Source: Halocafeteria seosinensis (Eukaryota). From it: a DNA stretch of 33,367 nt. Made by a program: the position numbers and the translations under genes. The notes under the pieces are model-generated. The model saw only the letters and a program-made list of their open reading frames with translations, was not told the origin of the DNA and did no database searches. Where the stretch lies: contig LVLI01000518.1 in NCBI GenBank assembly GCA_001687465.1, positions 1 to 33,367 on the forward strand, given 5' to 3'. This document shows positions 22,975-33,367 of this stretch, in pieces (the stretch's first letter is position 1; each line of letters opens with the position of its first letter).

Positions 22975-24274
22975 ATGGCGGCCAGTTCAGCGCGACGACG
23001 GGAGAAGGATGTAATGGCTCTGTATGTACTTTGGACGCTTGCCATGTTGAAGTTGGTGTTGAAGAAGCCCGTGTCGGGAGGTGTTTATGGTGGTTTACTC
23101 TTGTTTTCGTGTGCTACTAGGGGCTGTTTACCGTCTCCGTGCGTGCGTCTATGCTGTGTGCAGACTGATGAGCAACTACGACGTGGATCTGGGAAACGCC
23201 GGTGGAGATTTCGGCGTGAGTCAAACGGGCAATGGAACCCAAGTGAATGGGTCCGGAGGCAGTAATGCCAGTAGTAGCAACAGTAGCGCCACCAATGGGA
23301 GTGGAGGAACTGGACAAGGACATCAAAGCTCCAGCAGCTCAGGAGGAGGCGTGAACGCTAGTGGTCTCATTGAAGAATTCACGGTCAAATTCAAAGGCCC
23401 AGAAGACAGTACGTCAGAGTATAATAATCCGCTTACTTGGAACATTACGTGGATGCTACTCATTGAATTGTGTTATAAACAGCACCTTATGAAGGTGGAC
23501 TGTGGTACGTTAGTGTTAGACTTCCGCAACAGTATCCGTTCAAGTCCCCTTCGATTGGCTTTCGCAATAGGATGTTCCATCCGAATGTGGTATGTCTACT
23601 CAACCCCGACCCTAGGAAGGCACAGGACACCATGAATAGAAGGAGATATATTTGTCTTATATGTGCTCCAAATGCTACAGGATGAAAGCAGTGGCAGTGT
23701 GTGCTTGGATGTTATCAGTCAAACGTGGACGCCGATGTATGGTATGTTCTTGCCGGGGTAATCGTCTCGCACAAATTGCAACAGTATATGCTTACCCGGT
23801 TTTTCCCCTGTTGGCTTATTCAGATTTAGTAAATATTTTTGAACAGTTTCTTCCGCAAGTAGGTATTCATAACATGTGATATCATGTAATGTGCTCGTCC
23901 ACCCGCTTGTATGCCACACAACCGCAGCTTCTAAGGTACCCAAACCCCACCGACCCCTTAAACGGAGAAGCTGCGCATCTCCTCTTGCGCGAACCAGAAC
24001 AATATAAGAAGAAAGTCAAAGGTAAGAATGGCGTATGTCGAACTGTTGTGCAATCGCTTCGTTGACGTTGCGGGGTTCGGCTGGCACAGATTACGTTGTA
24101 AAGTTCGCCACCGAAGGAGCCTTAAACGGGTCAACGGGGTCATCCACACAAAATGGTGGTCATACGGAACCTTCCTCCTCTGGCGTAAAGCCAGCGGATA
24201 CACCGGAGTCCATGGAGGATATGGAAATGGAAGATGATAACCAGTCAGAGGTTAGCGAGCTTTCAGACTTGTAG
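22975..24274 (+). CDS. UBE2H: Ubiquitin-conjugating enzyme E2 H / Ubc8 (~257 aa, 7 exons)
   Basis: Exons 22975-23021, 23164-23408, 23483-23589, 23681-23741, 23824-23858, 23928-24021, 24090-24274 give [15 protein letters not shown]...[96 protein letters not shown]. The HPN motif, catalytic Cys and acidic tail are intact. Confidence 0.95.
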
Positions 24275-24381
24275 GATTTAGGGTATAGAATATTTGAAAC
24301 ACAAACTCCTAGCGGGTGTTGGAAGCGAAGACTTACCTCCTTCACTTCTTGAGGGGTTTTACAAAGAAAATATACCACCTG

Positions 24382-27300
24382 CTATTCCGAAAAAGGATTA
24401 CTGGAAAAGTACCCTTCTTCCTCGAGTGCCCGGATGATACCGTTCAATCGCTTCGCCCATGTTGCTGGGCTCTTCTTAGCAACAAAATTGACCAAAAAGG
24501 AAGGGACTTTGCCACGGAAGTCAGCATTGGAGGTAAAAGTCGTTGCAGACGATGATTCCCCAGTTTCTGTTATTGTGAAACCACTAACTCCTAAAAGCAC
24601 GGCCCGGATGTATGGATGACGTGGGGGAGCAACGCAGTGGAACCCATTGCGGAAGCATACGGCCAAAGAGCATCCGCTGGAATCGGGATATACCGCCCGA
24701 AACAATACGCAGTCTCGTTGAGCAACGACTGCACTGAATGGCGGAGCCGGTGTATCCGCAAGCTTATAGTAAATGCAGTTGTGACAGTCCAATCGGCAAA
24801 GCTCAGACACGTTTTCCCACGACCTATCCCATCTTCGATAGTTGGTCACATTGACAACAGCTTCCGTAACTTTGTGGCATTTCTTAGTAGGAAGATTGAT
24901 AGTCCCCGTAACTGCCCGGATAGCATCGTGAGAACCAACATCTTGCCGAGGTTTTCCAGATGGATAATGCTTCGCAGGGTTCTCCATGTAGTTAGCTGCT
25001 GGTGCGGGCTTCCGTTCCTTCTTCCAGTTATTGCATGACGGTGCTTCCAGATCACTCCAAGAGATTTTATCTACTTCATGACGAGGATCGGAATGCATAA
25101 AAACATGCATACCTAGCTCGTGGTTATCCACGACCTGCGAACATCTCTAAATATATCTATTCTTGGGACCACATACATCAGAATTACTACATACCGATTT
25201 ATACTCTTCTGAGTATACGTCATCTCTGTTCAGTCTCAACAAATACTGCGCGTCTTCCGAACTTGTTGGAAACTGACCACGAACACACCCCCATGCGCTA
25301 TCGCTACGCGAGGCGATGACGTAAGTTGGAGACGATAACAAGCGCTCTGCGTCTCCCCTGAATGTTGAAGGCGCAATACGTGTTCTGTCACGTTGCTCGG
25401 AGCTACAGGGCTCCGTTCCATATATCCATGTAAGTATACTACTATGCTGCAGGCCTTGTACTGTGCACACATATGGTTCCACATCTTTTTCATAATCATC
25501 TTGGATATCGATGTCGTGCCTACTAACAAACTGAATTTCTGGTATAACTCGGGAAGCCGTTTCATCGTCTATTTCATTACCCGTAGCCATTGTTTCCATC
25601 AGTTCTGATCTATCTGGTACTAGATTTGCCCATGAAAGGTTCTTGAGAGCTGGAAAGAAAGGTGCCAACATACACGAAGGGATGCTTGTTTCTTCACCGG
25701 TATGAGACAAGGTGACGTCAATCGAATGAAGCTGAGATTCTTTCTTGCCCACTTTCGTTGAGAGACCGATCTTTCCTTCTTTGATGGGCCGCAGAAGTCT
25801 CTCTAGCATATCCGAATGTCTTGAAGAGTCACTTGAACTGGGACTTCGTTTAGGCGAATCTGGCGAAGACAGTAGCATGCGATCATGGAAGGTATCAACG
25901 AAAGAAAATCGCATTTGTCGGACCGTGTGGGTGTTGGGTGAAAACAAGTGCCGCGCCGCCATGGATAAAGTCGCCAGTTCCGTGATCTTAGCATTGAACT
26001 TGATGTTCTCCTGGTGAGTGCGGGCATCACGATCCTCCCAAAGATGACCCAGCTCTGCAATGACACCGTCTGATATATCGAACGGCAATTTTTCGGCCTC
26101 ATGATGAGCTTTATCGTCCGATTTGGGGGCCCGGGGCTGAAGGAATGAGAAATAACTTCCCAAATAGCCCAGTCGCTGGATTGCTTTCTTGGCTCGCACA
26201 GAAGAGGTGCACTGTCTACACAGTTCTTCCGCCTCATATTTCGGTAGGTGGCACAAATGGCTTCGCAAGAATGGCACAGACAGTCTATCAGAAAGCAGGT
26301 TTGTTAGTCTCTGTTTTGGACCACCTTCAGATCGCACACTATTCACCCAGTCAATGTAGTCCAAGTACAATCGCTTGACAGCGCTCAAGATCACCCTTCG
26401 GCAACGGCAAGCATCCACAATAGGAGTGGCATATCCTTTCTTCTTGCGGTCTTCGATGCCATGTATGATAAACTCAGCACCCAAAGGAATGCGGCCATTC
26501 CGGACGAAGCGCACCAGCCCTTTCCCACCAGAGGATGCAGGTGCCTGCGCAAAGTTCATTTGAAACACTGCGGGTACAAACTGGGTAGGCCTTTCGTTCT
26601 CCTTCTTTTCATCGTGTTTCATAAGCTTCATCATTGCACCAAAACTCCATTTACTTTTTTTCTCTTCCTTGGGGGAAGCAGCATCTGACTTCGCTCGGGA
26701 TGGTCTTCGCGTCTCGCTGACATGGCGGGCTAATTCAGTACAACTTCTCTCACAACTGTATTGATGAATATAGAGTTGCCGAACAGTATCCCAACTATCT
26801 TGTGGCTGCTCTAGTGTTACTTCATCCACCGACAGTCCTGGCGTACAACCCAGCAATTCCGGTACCCACTTTAACGAAAAATTACCGAACTGGTCCAATA
26901 AATCAACGACCGCATCGGATTGAGGATCGATCAAGGCCGACGGAGATAATGAAGGAGCGGAAGGCTCTATCAGCAGTCCAGCAGCCCACTGAAACACAAA
27001 CGATAAATTCAGCAAACTCCATTCAGTAGCATATGTAGCAATAAAACGAGCTCCCAGACCCCAGGGGAGCATGAGATACTTGCACCAGAAGTTGGCTAGT
27101 AACATTAATCCCGGATGCATCGATTTAATGGAAAAATTGTCCTGCTGTATCGAGATTTCTTGCGCAAGCTCGGTAGACAAACCGTTCAAAGAAAACGGCA
27201 AAAATGGTCCCACTCTTTCTAGACAAGAGTTCTTGCATTGGTCACGAATTCGCTCCCCGGGTAACGAATAGCGCTCGGGTAAAGTTCCTGTTTGCTTCAA

Positions 27301-29337
27301 GCATCTAACGCTGGCATCCACCAATGGATATCCTGTAGTTCCCGAGAAAAAGGAAGCAGCTCTTTCTGATTCAGTTACCGGAACAGTTGTGAAATCTTCG
27401 CGGGTGCTATTCACTAACTTTTCCAGCTCTAAGGCATGCCCGTCACCCCAGCTATACCTACTGTAATTCACGCTCTTGTTGCCGTCATGAGAGACCAGGG
27501 ATTCGAGAGGTAGTCCCAGGGCCCATGGGAAGGAAGCCAGTTCAGGCCTTTGAGGGCCGATGAGTGAGTGCGGCTGTTGCACAATATACTGGTTCTGAAA
27601 ATCACGAACTAGGAGAGATTCTAGCGCGGACCTCGCCTTCTGTTTCTGTATCCGCGTTTCTAATTCAAGTTCTAGCAATTTCTTGGATCCGCCACAACGC
27701 CGCAGCAATGTTGTGGACGCGTTCACATATGCATGAGGGGATTCCAAGGGATCCACATCATGAACCATTTTCCTAATGTCTTCAGGTAGATCGTCTGTGG
27801 ATCTGTTGCTGCCAATACCGGTCAATGCCAGCACAGGAGTCCAATATAATTCTATTATGCATGGTACGTATTTGTCCGCAGGTAGTTCGTTCGATGGATC
27901 GCATTCCTCGATGGTTAGGTCAACAGCGGCTGTTGCTTCCACAAGAAAATGTGCTGTCCACCATAGTGTCCGTGCATCAATGGCACCCGAAGTCAAAAGT
28001 GCATCAATTCCGTGCTGATGCTGATAGGAGATAAAGTCGACCACTGGTTCTCCACTAGCAGCTTGGTAAGCTGTATCACCCTGAATGTGATCCAAAGCAC
28101 TACGGTTACAGAATCGACTGAGGTGGGTCAGATGGTATCCAGAGGCTAGCAATAGAGGCCAGTCAAGTGGATGTACAGAAGGACTCGTTTCACAACTTGA
28201 CAACGCATCAAAATTTGACTTCAATTTGTGTTGGGGAATTCGACTGTGGCAACCGTGTGAGTTCACGTCTAAACTAGTAGCTCCGTGCGACATAGAAATA
28301 TCTGGATCTATATCTGCGTCCTGTTTCCTAGGTAGTGCGTAAAATTTTGCTTCAGCGAAGGCTAGACAGTGTAGCTGCTTGTCAGGAAATTTTGAAACCC
28401 TCGCAAAGTCCTCGTAACTGATCGCAACTGGGGCATAAGATAGAACCTGTTCTGAAGGCACCATGCTTCTTTCTCCATTAGTTGTACCATTTTCTTCAGT
28501 ATGGGATTCTTTCGTGCAGGACGTCGCACTTCGATTCAAGGTCACAGGGCATATCTTGGAGAAAAGACTGTGCAATGTCGTCTGTCGCCCGGATTGCATA
28601 ACACGGTACTCAGTCGAGCTCTTTGACGTAAAGAGATGTTTGCTGTCATATGCCATCACAAACGGGTCTTCGGATGCAGTTGCTACGATCCGCTTCTTGG
28701 CAAACTCCTTGCATGTGCTCTGCAAAACACGAGTTCAAACAAAATACATACCATTCATTCCCCCAAGATGCGGTTGCACAACTGTGATCAACACAGCGAG
28801 CACCCACACTCGACAGCAAAGACATACCTCTAGTGTTTGCTCCACGCTGTCTTGGTTGCCAATATACTTGACGTGGACCTTATCTTGCGGTCCTAGCCTC
28901 ATTTGTAGACAATGAAGGACCCATGGCAGTACGACTGTCCGGTTGTACACTTTCCTTGGATGCGTTGGCGAGCGCTCATCCAAGGCCCCCGAAGCGTGGA
29001 CGCCTGCCCCGTCGGCAATATCGTAGGAAGCACTGTACACGAGGAGACACACCGTCAGAGAAGACGATTTAGAGCCATTTTGCCGCGTCTGTTCGAGTAT
29101 TGTCCTCTCCGGTTTCCCTGTTTGGGACGGGAATGCCGGGATTCCTGAGCCTCCCCGAACCCACAGGAGATCATCCCCAGTGAGCAGAGTGTCCCACAAA
29201 GCTGGCGCCTCCTCGTGGAAGCGGTCTTTCCAGTGTAAAACACTTAATAAGGCATTATCGTCCAGTTGGGAAGGGTTCAATTGGATCTGAGGAGCCGGAT
29301 TTTGGCGTCTACTGTCCTCTGTGGACGACGCAGCCAT
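24382..29337 (-). CDS. Degenerate photolyase/cryptochrome-like protein fused to a C-terminal START lipid-binding domain (~1595 aa)
   Basis: Exons 29337-28828, 28719-25195, 25134-24382 join via phase-0 GTATGT...GCAG introns of 108 and 60 bp. Photolyase-family motifs: LTSGAIDARTLW, LLVRDF, LASFPW, GTTGYPLVDASVRCLKQTG, LANFWCKYLMLPWGLG, FQWAAG, DQFGNFSLKWVPEL, YATPIVD. START motifs: YRRWD, PAPPF..VAQRDCVLFR, HCVAPPRHPYIRA..GVSGFTI, ADFRGKVPSFLVNFVAKKSPATW. Confidence 0.75.
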
Positions 29338-29454
29338 TCTACGAGCACACAATCCAACCTATCACATAAACCAATATAGTATACCACTATCAAACAGACT
29401 GCAACTACCTCCAATACGCCCGTATACAGGCAGAATGTCTCCTCAAGAGCCAGA

Positions 29455-29502
29455 TCCGGGCCGAGAGCCCGGACTATGGGATGTCCGGGCTACGAGCCCG
29501 GA
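29455..29502. promoter_or_regulatory. Twin palindromes TCCGGGC-N5-GCCCGGA upstream of the photolyase-START gene (function unknown)
   Basis: tccgggc-cgaga-gcccgga (29455-29473) and tccgggc-tacga-gcccgga (29484-29502), 29 bp apart and ~120-165 bp upstream of ATG 29337. The regulatory role is inferred from position only. Confidence 0.4.
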
Positions 29503-29701
29503 GAGGAAGAATCTCAAACCTGGTGACAGGGAGTTGTAGCGTTGTGCCATTAAGTGCTTGATGAAGTGGACTGCCGGAATTTATGGTTAATTTTTCTTGA
29601 AACTACCGGGAGATCCAATTCTACTTTGGTTCTACTGTAGTTTCGGGAATAACCCATACAATCTTGAACTCTTATAGAGTGAAGTTAGTTGAGTGCGCGC
29701 C

Positions 29702-32700
29702 TTATGAAGACGAAAGGGGAGGAGAGCCGAACAGCACCATCTGAATCAGAGGAATAATTAGCACGCTCTCAGTTGATTCAACAAGCTCTCTGTATGCGAC
29801 AGATATTAACGTAAGTGAACCTTCGCCTATTCCCTGTCGCGTGACAATACACATACCTAGCTTCGTCCATGTTTTCGGCTTGCAACAGCTCGTGGCCACG
29901 ATATACCAGCAAAGCCACACCACATACGGGCAGTAGTTTGAGGGAATTGAAAGCAATAATCCGGTCCCATAGTAGTAGAACCTGCATCGACTCAATCACG
30001 CAATGAAACATGCATAATAGGTAGGACAGGCGTTGCAGAGGGACGCTGTACCTGTCTAACATCCAAACATCCAGCAAATGCTGTGCGAAGCAATGGGAAA
30101 ACAAGCTGCAACGGGTGCATTCCTTTTCGCACCAGCTGCATATACAATCCTGGACAGATCCTGTTTCAAGAGTCAGAGTCACGAGCGATGAATAGGGTAA
30201 CATCAACAGCAGACTCTTTTCAGATATCTTACTCAAAACAGAGTTCCTCAAATTGACGACATAGGAAAGGTAGACTGTCTTCCTTGCCAGAAATGCTAGA
30301 TAATCGACACCAAAACTTAGTGTACTGCATCGCGTCAAGTAATCTACAAGGTTTGGCCCGTCAGCTGAGAATGCAGGCATTAAACATACCATAGCTCTCC
30401 ACAATTCATACAGCTGTGCTTCGTCGCGGGTAACATAGCATAGCGGTGCTGCTAACGTAGAGAGCTGCTCGAACGGGAGCACTCCACTCGGAGGCACTTG
30501 CAAAGACACTCCTTTCATTGCTTGCGGGTGAGCTGGAAGCCATTATCAGATGAATAAAATAGTAAACTTAAAGGGGCATATAAGTTCGAAACAGCTGACG
30601 CTCGGATTGAAAACTACGTAGCGTTACTATCATAGAATTGAAACGTCACTGACGCTCAGCGTTTCTCTAGATCAAAGCGCTACCTAACTAGTGTCGTCAT
30701 CGCGCAATAATACCAAGCGCATACCTCTGATTGGGCTGTGCGGGGTATCGGTACAGTCTGCTAATAAGCCAGGATCCCGTGTCCACGCCATCAGCACATT
30801 CTGCGAATTTTTTGTAGTTGTGATGGCCCAGCAGAAATGCCTAATAGAGGTGGTCAGCAACTTACACTAATCAATCGTTCGAAAGGAAACCAAGAATCAT
30901 CCTCGCAACATCCAGAGACATCAGCTCTGACGAGGTCATCCACCATGTATTCCAGCGAAAAAACATCGTCTAACAGAGTGCTGCGGGTGCAACCAAGCAC
31001 CAATGATCCAATCAGACTTATCATCTGACGGCCACGAACCACAACTCACTGGTATCTGCCTTTGGCTGAATGAAACCGAGTCCGAGGAGTCTTCAACAGC
31101 ACAGACCAAACCTTTCTTCGCTGATGATCAGGTATACCTGTACAACACCACGTCCACAAATATGAGTAAACTAAGCAGGCACGGCTAGACGCAAGCGTCC
31201 CCACCTTGCTTGGACATTTGCTGGGCTACTAAGTAGGACCGCTTTCCCTGTTGTAATATGGAGTCGAATGTCTTGATATGAATGTACTCCGTAAGTTTAG
31301 AGAATCTGATCAATGCATTCGCTGACTCTTTACTGTGAGATCCTCCGTCCGCACGCAGACTAGGATCTTCCCCAGATGGATTTCCCTCACTTATCCACTG
31401 TGGCTCAAGGTAAGCCGCTGTAGGTGGAGTCCTTAGCATCGTTCCATCCCCACAGTGCCATAGACTGTAGCCATGAAACACACTTGAAGACGACTCTGCT
31501 CTAGAGGGTTTTCTTTCCCCTTTACTTTCCGGTGATGAAGAGCGTTGTTTCGATAGGCTTGCAGTATCAGCGAACTGGGATACCAAATGCGTCAGCGGCG
31601 CGAAGTCTGAAAAGCTTCCAACATACTTGTGTAGAGAGTCGTGCACTCCAATGTGCGTTCGATTATACGGATGCAATTCCCGGAATAGCTGATGCAGTTC
31701 AGATACTGATGCTGTGTGAAAAACAGCTTCTATCTTCCTAAACTCCTTATAGCGGTCGTTCGATATCAGAGATCGCGGCTTTGACATTGCCTTGTTCTTT
31801 CCCTGAATTATGTTCAATAGCTCGTCATCAGTGTACAATACAAATTTGGAAGCTTCAGATAGTGGAGCAAAATGGTACGACAATATCCCATTCCGCCGAA
31901 TCAGCCGGCGCGCTTTCACGGCGGGAATGTTAAGATCCAAGTGCAGTATACGCATTCTATCTAACAGGAGGCGATCCCATTCCATGCGGGCCCTTTGGTA
32001 GCAATCCATTTTCTCGCCTCGTCCTTCCGGGGAGAATACAGAGAACACAATATTCGAATGCTTACAAATACTCGTACAATGCATGATTGAGTCAACTCCT
32101 ACAAATGAGTTATCTTGAAGAGCTCCTTTCCGGAAGAAGTCGGCGGGCTCGTTCAACTGCACCCCTTTCTTGTCATGCAAGAAACAATACTGCGGGGTGA
32201 GCATCGACTGAGAGCTACTCTGCGAGAGAGCTGCCGTGTCATTATCGTCCTTGGACTCTTCTGCCGCCGAAGATGCAGATTCCGAGGAAGCTGTTGGCGG
32301 AGGCGTTAGTGGCCGAGACTTCGATAAACTCGAGTACGAATTGGCATCCTGCAGCAGAATAGAATTGGCGAGCGATCCAACGAGCCAGCGCACATTCCGA
32401 ACTGATTCATGGTCAACATCCACCAACAAGGAAGCGAAACGGGAGCTTTGGTCTCCGCAGGAATTGGCCTCCTCTTCCTCATCGATAAACGTTTTAATTA
32501 AGTCATTCGGGAAGATCGATTGAGATACAAACCGCCGTAGTTGTTGCTCTGCCGTCGATTTCTTTAATCGGCTCACAATATCCTCGCTCAATTGCTCTAC
32601 GGCGGCCCCGCGGGAGGCCTCATTATCCTTGTAAAGTCCGTGAACACCTCGTTGAGAGGATGAATTTGAACCCCGGTGACTAGCTGTAGACCGCTTTTTC

Positions 32701-32702
32701 AT
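29702..32702 (-). CDS. TBC1D19: TBC1 domain family member 19-like Rab-GAP-fold protein (~777 aa, 9 exons)
   Basis: Exons 32702-31205, 31137-31050, 30980-30866, 30800-30725, 30532-30390, 30324-30233, 30160-30052, 29981-29857, 29789-29702 join in frame. Motifs ARMEWDR, LFRELHP..HIGVHD, QGIPDHQRRKVW, MVDDLVRADV..CEDDSWFPFE, PPSGVLPFEQLSTLAAPLCY, QVLLLWDRIIAFNSL, IPLIQMVLF. The start codon is uncertain. Confidence 0.85.
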
Positions 32703-33367
32703 GACCACAGAGACGCAGATCAACGGAGCGACAGACGGTATCTCGTACTACATTAAACAACGACCGCGCATCATGCGCAACCAACAATTCCATTGCATGA
32801 AAATCTTGTGTTTTGCCATTCAGCAGCCTGACAGCAGGGCGTCAAAGAGACAATCTTTTCGTGGAGTTTTGACAAATGGCTTCCAAACCAAACGGAAACG
32901 CATATGGAAACGGGTTAATCACTACGGCTATCCCTACGCTCCAAACGACTTGTTGCGTCGATTCCCCAGGGTTCGAATCTTTGAACAGGTTGGTACTTGC
33001 CTGGCAGGCGCCATCGATTTCTGGCAATGAATTTGATCGAGTCGACCCAGTACCAAATACAATGTTGGTACCGCTAGAGTCTGCTATAGACGGTTGGGAA
33101 TTAAATTATGATGGAGTGCGACGGGCTTTCTAACCTATATTTTGCGCAGTTTAGCTCCTTTTATCTACGTAATATCCAAGTATTTGCGCATCAATCGTGT
33201 ATGACAAGCCTGTCAACAATTTTTTGAATTACCGGTCACCAATCAATAGGGCGTGGGCCAGTTTTTGAAGTCGTTCCACAGGTTTGAAGCTAGTCACCGC
33301 GTGCACTATCGCCGAGAAACGCCATGAATTCACCGCTTGCGCAGCATGTCTTCCGGCTAAGCAAGAA

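Noticed and set aside
23935..23951. ggtacccaaaccc match to 1157-1169
   Set aside because: Here it is ordinary UBE2H coding sequence (RYPNP), so the match is likely chance.
28735..28827. ORF extension to 28735 and alternative donor at 28751
   Set aside because: It would leave a 32-bp intron in the wrong phase; the donor at 28827 joins in frame to 28719.
30860..30985. Missing Arg finger (VRADVSG instead of IxxDxxR) in the TBC domain
   Set aside because: To my knowledge TBC1D19 is already regarded as an atypical TBC protein lacking the canonical fingers, so this is not novel.
2291..32702. Apparent clustering of lipid/membrane-related genes (PH, BCAS3, START, TBC)
   Set aside because: These domains are common in eukaryotes, orientations are mixed, and there is no evidence of co-regulation without synteny or expression data.
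32876..33367. 85-aa plus-strand ORF (32876-33133) and a possible gene start at ATG 33324
   Set aside because: No recognisable homology; too short or truncated to support a call.

Overview
Gene-dense eukaryotic DNA with short GT-AG introns (mostly 60-110 bp), most likely from a unicellular protist; the taxon cannot be fixed from sequence alone. From left to right: the 3' end and probable right terminus of a Mutator (MULE) DNA transposon; two tandem paralogous 4-exon genes with long disordered N-termini and a C-terminal PH domain (~759 and ~1797 aa); an intronless Sfi1/CCDC191-like coiled-coil gene; a convergent BCAS3/ATG18-like WD40 gene; a 7-exon UBE2H/Ubc8 gene with a ~55-aa Gly/Ser/Asn insertion; a ~1595-aa gene in which a highly degenerate photolyase/cryptochrome-like region appears spliced in frame to a C-terminal START lipid-binding domain (the most unusual item); and a 9-exon TBC1D19 gene. 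All gene models were spliced by eye and checked for frame, and family calls rest on recalled motifs, not database searches. No rRNA, tRNA or CRISPR array was seen.
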